Source: an uncultured Pseudanabaenaceae cyanobacterium
GTDB taxonomy: Bacteria > Cyanobacteriota > Cyanobacteriia > PCC-9006 > JAAUQQ01
Assembly (NCBI GenBank): GCA_938002085.1
Contig: CALLAT010000079.1
Location: forward strand, 945-64,944
Direction: 5' to 3'
Length of the DNA: 64,000 bases
Shown here: positions 1-6,298 of the stretch, piece after piece
Layout of the letters: every line of letters starts with the position of its first letter
Numbering within the stretch: position 1 is the stretch's first letter
The notes under the pieces: generated by a model
Seen by the model: the letters and a program-made list of their open reading frames with translations, nothing else
Database searches by the model: none
Told to the model about the DNA's origin: nothing
Program-made: the position numbers and the translations under genes

Positions 1-2
1 TC

Positions 3-689
3 GAGTTACTGGAAGAAGACTTCCGCGTCATTTGTTTCGACCTGCCAGGGTTTGGCTTTTCCTATCCCGCGCCCAAGTATGACTTCAGCATTGTCCAAAC
101 TGCGGATGTGGTGGTTGAGCTGATGGAGCAATTGGCCATCCCCTATGCCGCCTTGGCCTTTACCTGTGCCAATGGCTTTGTCGCCCTGCGCATCGCCAAG
201 ATTGCCCCCAATCGCGTCTCCCATTTGGTCCTGGGCCAAACGCCTTCCTTTCAAGCGATGCGTCAGTGGGATGCCAAGATCATTCCCCGTGTCGTGCATG
301 TGCCCTGGCTCGGACAGTTACTGACTGCGGGGATAACGCGCAAGATGTCCGCTGGCTGGTACAACAAGGCACTGTCTCCGAAAAATGAGCAGAAGCCAAA
401 GTTTGTGGCGATCGCAGACCAAGCCCTTAAGTCCGGGGGATGCTTCTGTTTAGCCAGCCTGGTTCAGGGGCTCAGCCATACAAAAGACTGTGATATCAGC
501 AACATCACAACCCCCACGCTGATGATCCATGGCACCCGAGATCGCTCCCATCGCCAAACCAATTTCAACTCTCTAAAAGACCACGCCCCCCAAGCCGAAA
601 TCCTGCCGTTTCAGGGCTGTACCCATTTCCCCGACCTGGAGCGACCCCAGGAATATGCTCAACAAATCCAGCGATTTGTATACAACTAG
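3..689 (+). CDS. alpha/beta-fold hydrolase, 5' end truncated by the window edge
   Basis: Frame 3 is open from base 3 (ELLEEDFRVICFDLPGFGFS...), so the Met at 108 in the ORF track is internal. The C-terminal motifs IHGTRD and GCTHFPDLERPQEY match the acid and His loops of the alpha/beta hydrolase fold. The nucleophile-elbow position reads FTCANG. Confidence 0.8.
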   Translation, partial: ELLEEDFRVICFDLPGFGFSYPAPKYDFSIVQTADVVVELMEQLAIPYAALAFTCANGFVALRIAKIAPNRVSHLVLGQTPSFQAMRQWDAKIIPRVVHVPWLGQLLTAGITRKMSAGWYNKALSPKNEQKPKFVAIADQALKSGGCFCLASLVQGLSHTKDCDISNITTPTLMIHGTRDRSHRQTNFNSLKDHAPQAEILPFQGCTHFPDLERPQEYAQQIQRFVYN

Positions 690-744
690 GGGTGAACTAG
701 TTGATATGGCAGGATTGATGACACCCCTCTAGATTTGCAACCCC

Positions 745-1929
745 ATGGCTACAAGCCCCCTGCTCCAACCGCCCCGCCTTTGGGTGGGCGACAGCGCGGT
801 CGAACAACCTCGCCACGCCACTTGGCTGGAGCTGTTCTATGACCTCGTCTTTGTCGTCGCCATTTCCCAACTCGCCCACAAGCTCAGCGGCGACGTTAGT
901 CTGGGCGGCTTCCTCAGCTTTGTTGCCCTCTTCATTCCCCTCTGGTGGGCCTGGATTGGCACCACGTTTTACGCCAATCGCTTTGATAGCGATGACCTGG
1001 GCCGACGTATTCTCATGGGCTGCCAAATGCTGGCGATCGCCGCCCTAGCGGTCAATGTTCACCACGGCCTCGACAGCAGCTCCGGCGGTTTCGCCCTGGC
1101 CTATGCAGCCTCGCGGTTCATGCTGGTGCTGGAATATCTCTGGGCAGGCTTCAACATTCCCTCAGTTCGAAAACTCACAACCCCTACTGCCATTGGCTTT
1201 AGCTTTGGAGCTGGGCTATGGCTGCTATCGGCTTTTGTGCCTATGCCAATTCGCTTCAGCCTCTGGGCAATTGGTCTCGTCACGGACTTCCTCACCCCCC
1301 TGACTGTGCGAACTCAACTGAAAAAGTTTCCACCCCACGCCGAACACCTGCCGGAGCGCTTCGGCCTGTTCACCATCATCGTTCTGGGAGAGGCCATCAT
1401 TGCCGTGGTCAATGGCGTCTCGGAAATGGACTGGAGTCTGGCGAGTAGCTTCAGCGCCATAGCAGGCTTTGTCACAGCCTTCTCCCTTTGGTGGATCTAC
1501 TTCGATAACGTGTCTGGCTCAGTGTTCGAGCAGCAAAAACAAACTGGCGGAGGACTGAAGCGATCGCTGCTCTGGCTCTACATTCACCTGCCCCTGGTCA
1601 TTGGCTTGGCTGCCACAGGTGTCGGTGTAGAACATGTAATTGAAAGAGCCGGTCACCACGAACTCCTAACCAGTCCAGAGCGTTGGCTAATCTGCGGATG
1701 CGTGGCCCTTTGCTATGGCTGCTTGGCAGCGCTCCACAGAATGGGCATTATCTTTAGCTGCAAGGCTCGGACCAAACATCGTTTGGCTGGTCTAGGCGTA
1801 ATGTTGACCCTAGCAATCTTTGGTGCGGGCCTGTCTCCCCTAATGTTGATTAGCGCGATCGCCCTCGTAGGTCTCATCCAAGTCACTCTGGATATTTACC
1901 AAGGCAAGCCAGATTCATTCAAAGCTTGA
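745..1929 (+). CDS. LtrA-like (low temperature requirement A family) integral membrane protein
   Basis: 394-aa ORF with many hydrophobic helices. The N-terminal signature ATWLELFYDLVFVVAISQL is typical of the LtrA family. It has an ATG start and is followed by a hairpin terminator. Confidence 0.8.
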   Translation: MATSPLLQPPRLWVGDSAVEQPRHATWLELFYDLVFVVAISQLAHKLSGDVSLGGFLSFVALFIPLWWAWIGTTFYANRFDSDDLGRRILMGCQMLAIAALAVNVHHGLDSSSGGFALAYAASRFMLVLEYLWAGFNIPSVRKLTTPTAIGFSFGAGLWLLSAFVPMPIRFSLWAIGLVTDFLTPLTVRTQLKKFPPHAEHLPERFGLFTIIVLGEAIIAVVNGVSEMDWSLASSFSAIAGFVTAFSLWWIYFDNVSGSVFEQQKQTGGGLKRSLLWLYIHLPLVIGLAATGVGVEHVIERAGHHELLTSPERWLICGCVALCYGCLAALHRMGIIFSCKARTKHRLAGLGVMLTLAIFGAGLSPLMLISAIALVGLIQVTLDIYQGKPDSFKA

Positions 1930-1956
1930 TCAACGATTCAACTTCAACGGCAGATT

Positions 1957-1993
1957 ATCCCTCTGAATGCGGTCATCGCTTCAGAGGGATTTT
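1957..1993 (+). terminator. Rho-independent terminator after the LtrA-like gene
   Basis: An 11-bp perfect stem ATCCCTCTGAA (1957-1967) / TTCAGAGGGAT (1980-1990) with a 12-nt loop, followed by TTT. It lies 28 nt after the stop codon. Confidence 0.7.
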
Positions 1994-2147
1994 GCATAAA
2001 GGCATCTAAATTAGAGGCAATCATCGGAGGAAAGCAGTCAATCAGCCATCCAGAGTAAATAAGGGAGTCCTGACAAACCCCTCTGTACATTTACGGAACA
2101 CAAGCAATAGAGAAATTAATATCCCCAAATAATATTGCTAGCCACTC

Positions 2148-2876
2148 ATGATTAATGCGGAAGAATATTGTCCTCCGGGCTCAGACAACTCAAGCAGGGA
2201 ACGCTATGGATATATCACTATCGTCACTACTCTGGCCTCTATTTGTCTTCTCTGCAAGTCCATGTCAGGTGCAGTAGTGCCATCTATACCCCCGAGTCAC
2301 ATACCCCCCATGAGTGCCCAAACTCTAGCTAACCAAGCGGAAGCAGATACCCAGTCCGAGTCCAGTTCGGTCCCAGGCCAATCCAGGGCCGAAGAAGCCA
2401 ATTTAGAAAAAGTCAGAGAGCTTCTATTTGGTAATCAGCTTCGCAGTAGTGACCAGCAATTCAAAGCACTCGAAACAGAACTGGCCTCCCTCAAGACAGA
2501 GTTTGAAGATCGATTAGAGCGACTTGAAGACATTGTCCACAAAGGGTTTGATTCCATCACTCAGCAAATTCAAGCAGAACGAGAAGACCGGAAAGCAGCG
2601 ATCGCCACCACTGAAACCTCCATACACTCCCTGGGAGAGAACGTCCAGCAAAAGCAGGCCCAGCTCGACCAGAAAATCGACAGCGAAACCCAAGCCGTCC
2701 TCCAGAAGATCCTGGATCATTCCAGTCAATTCACAGCAGCACTCGACCAAAAATCCCAAGACTTATTGCGGGACATCAACGAGGAGTCCAAGCGGCGTCA
2801 GCAGCAAGAGCGTGCCCACAATTCTCGTCTTTCCGCACTATTTGGGGAACTATCTGAACGTCTCCATGACGAGTAA
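2148..2876 (+). CDS. soluble coiled-coil protein, first gene of the GTPase operon; start uncertain
   Basis: A long heptad-like, Q/E/K/L-rich sequence (KALETELASLKTEFEDRLERLEDIV...). The first ~40-55 codons look non-coding, so internal Mets at MSGAVV or MSAQTL are more plausible starts. The next gene begins 45 nt downstream on the same strand. Confidence 0.6.
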   Translation: MINAEEYCPPGSDNSSRERYGYITIVTTLASICLLCKSMSGAVVPSIPPSHIPPMSAQTLANQAEADTQSESSSVPGQSRAEEANLEKVRELLFGNQLRSSDQQFKALETELASLKTEFEDRLERLEDIVHKGFDSITQQIQAEREDRKAAIATTETSIHSLGENVQQKQAQLDQKIDSETQAVLQKILDHSSQFTAALDQKSQDLLRDINEESKRRQQQERAHNSRLSALFGELSERLHDE

Positions 2877-2921
2877 TCGCTGACCACTCATTCCGATGCT
2901 CCCCGGTGTCAACTCAGGACT

Positions 2922-4715
2922 ATGGATAACTCTAAAACAGGTAGCCTTCCTCCTCCCGAGGATCAAATAGTCGAAGCAACAATGTCCCCGCCGACCTCCC
3001 AGGCTGGGATGAGTGAATTGCGGCGACTGCTATTTGGCGAAAAGCTAGAGAGTCTAAAACCCACCACCACTGTCAAAGCAGAAGCGGTGAGTGAAGTGTT
3101 GGCGGAGGCGATCGCCCAAAGCCATGCCCAATACTCCAAGAAGTTGACCCAGGCTGCCGTCCCTACAGTAGAGTCCGCAATTCAGACTTCTGTTGAGACC
3201 GATATCAATGTCCTCTCCGAAGCCCTGTTCCCCATCATTGGTCCCGCTACACGAAAATCCGTCGCGGCCGCCATTCGCAACCTGACCCAATCCTTCAACC
3301 AGGGATTAGAGCATAGCCTCTCGCCCCAAAGCTTTAAGTGGCGCTGGGAAGCCCGGCGCACCGGGCGATCCTTTGCCGAGGTCGTTCTGCTGCGCACCCT
3401 GGTCTACCAAGTAGAGCAGGTTCTGCTCATCCACAAAGAGACAGGTCTATTACTCCAGCAAGTTGTTTCTGAACAGGCCCAGAGCCAAGACCCAGACCTG
3501 GTCTCCGCCATGCTCACCGCCATCCAGGATTTTGTACAGGACTCCTTCAACGTCCAATCCGGTGGCTCCCTCGACACCCTCGAAGTGGGGGAAGTGAATA
3601 TCTGGATTGAGGCTGGCCCCCAAGCTGTATTGGCCTGTGTTATTCGCGGCAATGCTCCCCAAGAGTTGCGAGGTCAACTCCAAACCACCCTAGAACAAAT
3701 CCACCGAGCCTATGCCAGCCCGCTCAAGGATTTTGAAGGCGATCAAGAGGCATTTGGCAGCAGCCAAACCTACCTCCAGGACTGCCTCAAAGCTCAGTTC
3801 AAGACACGAGGAAACGGTCAGAAACAACGGCCCACAAAGTTACTCATCGGCCTGGGTTGCCTCACCCTGCTGTTGGGGGCCTGGCTCGGGCTCAGAATCA
3901 AGGCGGGCCAGCAATGGCAAGCCTACATTAACCAGCTAGAACAGGAACCGGGCCTCGTGGTCATCCAGCAAAAACGCCAGGGAGGCAAGTTCAAGCTATC
4001 GGGTCTCCAGGATCCCTTGGCTCAATCCCCAGATGCCCTATTAGCCCAAACCAAACTCAAGCCCGAGCAGGTCACCATGCGATGGGAGCCCTATCTCTCC
4101 CTCGATGATGCCTTCACCCTCAAGCGCTGGGAAGCCTGGCTAGAGCCACCTGACAGCGTGACGCTAAAGCTCGACCCAGACCAAGTCCTCCATCTTTCCG
4201 GCACGGCTCCTGTCAGTTGGATCAACTTCAGTCAGCGCCTTCTGGCTAAAGGAGGCGAAGGCCTCCGAGACTGGAATACTGAAGCGCTGATTCCCCAGGA
4301 ACAGCAGCAGCTCAAAGCCCTCCAGGAGCAAATCGAGCAGCGGTCGATTCTCTTTTCCCAGGGCAGCACCAATATTGAGGCCGGGCAGCAAGCCACTCTC
4401 CAAGCCCAGGGGGAAGACTTAGCTGAGGTGATGGCGATCGCCCAAGCCCTCGATCTAGAGGTTGGCCGCATCACCCTGGCTGGCTATAGCGACCCCAAAG
4501 GCGATCGCAAAGACAACCAAGACCTCAGCCAAGCCCGTGCCACCACCGTCCAGCAAGCCCTGATTCAACAGGGCATTCCGGCACCGCTGCTCCAGACCCA
4601 GGCCCTCGGCGAGAACCACCAGACAACCCCAGAGAATCCCCAAAATCGCCGCGTCTCCATCAGCATCGAGCTTCCTGAGCTAGAGACTCAGTCCCCAACT
4701 CCCCCAGCCCCTTAA
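2922..4715 (+). CDS. single-pass membrane protein with a cytoplasmic Roadblock/LC7-like domain and a periplasmic OmpA-like peptidoglycan-binding domain
   Basis: The C-terminus ...ITLAGYSDPKGDRKDNQDLSQARATTVQQALIQQGIP...NRRVSISI is a canonical OmpA/MotB C-terminal domain. One TM helix (LLIGLGCLTLLLGAWLGLRI) lies at aa ~306-326. Residues ~160-265 (VLLIHKETGLLLQQV...DLVSAMLTAIQDFV...VNIWIEAGPQAVLACVIRGNAP) have the beta-alpha-beta-beta-alpha pattern of Roadblock/LC7 (MglB-like) domains; this was judged by eye. Confidence 0.85.
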   Translation: MDNSKTGSLPPPEDQIVEATMSPPTSQAGMSELRRLLFGEKLESLKPTTTVKAEAVSEVLAEAIAQSHAQYSKKLTQAAVPTVESAIQTSVETDINVLSEALFPIIGPATRKSVAAAIRNLTQSFNQGLEHSLSPQSFKWRWEARRTGRSFAEVVLLRTLVYQVEQVLLIHKETGLLLQQVVSEQAQSQDPDLVSAMLTAIQDFVQDSFNVQSGGSLDTLEVGEVNIWIEAGPQAVLACVIRGNAPQELRGQLQTTLEQIHRAYASPLKDFEGDQEAFGSSQTYLQDCLKAQFKTRGNGQKQRPTKLLIGLGCLTLLLGAWLGLRIKAGQQWQAYINQLEQEPGLVVIQQKRQGGKFKLSGLQDPLAQSPDALLAQTKLKPEQVTMRWEPYLSLDDAFTLKRWEAWLEPPDSVTLKLDPDQVLHLSGTAPVSWINFSQRLLAKGGEGLRDWNTEALIPQEQQQLKALQEQIEQRSILFSQGSTNIEAGQQATLQAQGEDLAEVMAIAQALDLEVGRITLAGYSDPKGDRKDNQDLSQARATTVQQALIQQGIPAPLLQTQALGENHQTTPENPQNRRVSISIELPELETQSPTPPAP

Positions 4716-4720
4716 CCCCC

Positions 4721-5248
4721 ATGATTCAAAAGAAAGTCTGCATGGTGGGCTCCTTCGCCACCGGAAAAACCAGCCTCGTCGCCCGCTTCGTCAAGGGCAT
4801 CTATTCAGACAAATACCAAACCACCATCGGCGTCAAAATTGATAAGAAAGTCGTGGAAACAGGCCCCCAGCCCATGACACTGGTGCTGTGGGACATCTAC
4901 GGTGAAGACGAATTCCAAAACATTCGCATGTCTTATCTGCGCGGTGCCGCAGGCTATTTTTTGGTAGTCGATGGCACCCGGCGGGAAACCCTCGACATTG
5001 CCATTCAGCTCCAGGCCAAGGTCGAAGCCCATATCGGCCCTGTCCCCTTCATTGTGATGCTCAACAAATGTGATTTAGAGGAGAACTGGGAAGTCACTCC
5101 CGGCGACATTGATGACCTCCAGGCCAAAGGCTGGACCGTGCTCAAATCCAGTGCCAAGGAAAATGTTGCTGTCGAAACTGCCTTTAGCAAACTGGCGGAA
5201 CAGATGAGTCGCCCCCAGTCCAACTCAATCCCCTGGGAGGCGGCTTAA
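4721..5248 (+). CDS. Ras/Rab-like small GTPase (prokaryotic Ras-superfamily)
   Basis: All five G motifs are present in 175 aa: G1 GSFATGKTS, G2 YQTTIGV, G3 WDIYGED, G4 NKCD, G5 SAK. The start lies 5 nt after the upstream stop. Confidence 0.9.
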   Translation: MIQKKVCMVGSFATGKTSLVARFVKGIYSDKYQTTIGVKIDKKVVETGPQPMTLVLWDIYGEDEFQNIRMSYLRGAAGYFLVVDGTRRETLDIAIQLQAKVEAHIGPVPFIVMLNKCDLEENWEVTPGDIDDLQAKGWTVLKSSAKENVAVETAFSKLAEQMSRPQSNSIPWEAA

Positions 5249-6298
5249 ATGCTTACCCTACCCATCACCGTGGCTCAGCATTTAGGAGCTGCCACCACAG
5301 AGCAGCGATCGCCCGCACTCCTCAAGGTCACCCCTGACGGCAAGCTGATCTCCTGGGATGGAGACCTCCAGCAATATGGTCTAGCACAACTCCAGCCCCT
5401 AGAGCCCATCGTCAACCAGCTCTTCTTTTTAGACGGAATCTTTCCGCTCCAGCAAACCCGCGACGCCCTGCCTTGTTTGCAGACTAGCGATGGACTGGCG
5501 ATCGACGTTCATCTCTTTCGGGACGTCGAACATAGCTGGGTGCTACTGCTAGATGCCAGCGGCCAAACCGAGCAAACCACCCGCCTACAGCAAAAGGGAA
5601 ATGACCTCAGCCTGTTGCGCCACCAGTACAGCAAATTGCTCCATCGCTTCTTACAGCAAAGCCTCACCGAAGACCATACCCGCGACCTCCTCTCCCCCCG
5701 CTCATCCAGCAGAGAATCCCAGGCCCAAGAGCAAGACATTTGCGTCCTGCTAATCAAAATTTGTGAGGCCCATCCCCCAGCAGCAAGATCCAGCAGCACT
5801 GCCGCTCCGGAAGCCACAGAAGTACTCCAAACCTTCAATGCCTGTCTGTCCATCATCACCCAAATTGTGGTCGATGAAGGGGGCGTCCTCAATCACATTT
5901 TTGGCGAGACCGCCGTGGCTCTCTTTGGTCTGTTGCCGAGTCAACAAAAAGCCGCTGAACAAGCCGTCTACGCCGCCAAGCGGATGATTCAAAAGTTCCA
6001 GAATGTCACCCAAACCATGGGCCCGCTCCACAGGCCCCAACTTGGATTGGGCACAGGCATTACCACTGGAACCGCTGCATCTGCCATTGTTCGCACCCAG
6101 CACTACAGCGCCCTCAATGCAGTCGGCAACACCGTCCACCGGGCCATGCAGCTCACAGATATTCTCCAAGCCAATCAAATCCTCATTGATGAAGCCACGC
6201 TAGCCCAACTAGAACGGGGACAACAGTCTTTCTTTGGCTTTACGCCCCCCAAGGATCGCTTTGAGGAAGCACTCTATTTCCAGGCGGTGCATTCATGA
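5249..6298 (+). CDS. class III nucleotidyl-cyclase homology domain protein with every catalytic residue substituted (pseudo-cyclase)
   Basis: The C-terminal ~170 aa align by eye to the cyclase homology domain (VLLIKICEA / LNHIFGETAVALFG / LGLGTGITTGTA / AVGNTVHRAMQL / ILIDEAT). The start codon directly abuts the GTPase stop (TAA ATG). Confidence 0.75.
   Translation: MLTLPITVAQHLGAATTEQRSPALLKVTPDGKLISWDGDLQQYGLAQLQPLEPIVNQLFFLDGIFPLQQTRDALPCLQTSDGLAIDVHLFRDVEHSWVLLLDASGQTEQTTRLQQKGNDLSLLRHQYSKLLHRFLQQSLTEDHTRDLLSPRSSSRESQAQEQDICVLLIKICEAHPPAARSSSTAAPEATEVLQTFNACLSIITQIVVDEGGVLNHIFGETAVALFGLLPSQQKAAEQAVYAAKRMIQKFQNVTQTMGPLHRPQLGLGTGITTGTAASAIVRTQHYSALNAVGNTVHRAMQLTDILQANQILIDEATLAQLERGQQSFFGFTPPKDRFEEALYFQAVHS

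Noticed and set aside
2148-2310. The N-terminal extension of the first operon gene (MINAEEYCPPGSDNSSRERYGYITIVTTLASICLLCKS...), which could be read as a TM segment.
   Set aside because: The region is AT-rich and promoter-like, and its composition is atypical for the rest of the gene. Internal Met codons (MSGAVV, MSAQTL) give a more plausible soluble coiled-coil protein. I kept the track coordinates but flagged the start as uncertain.
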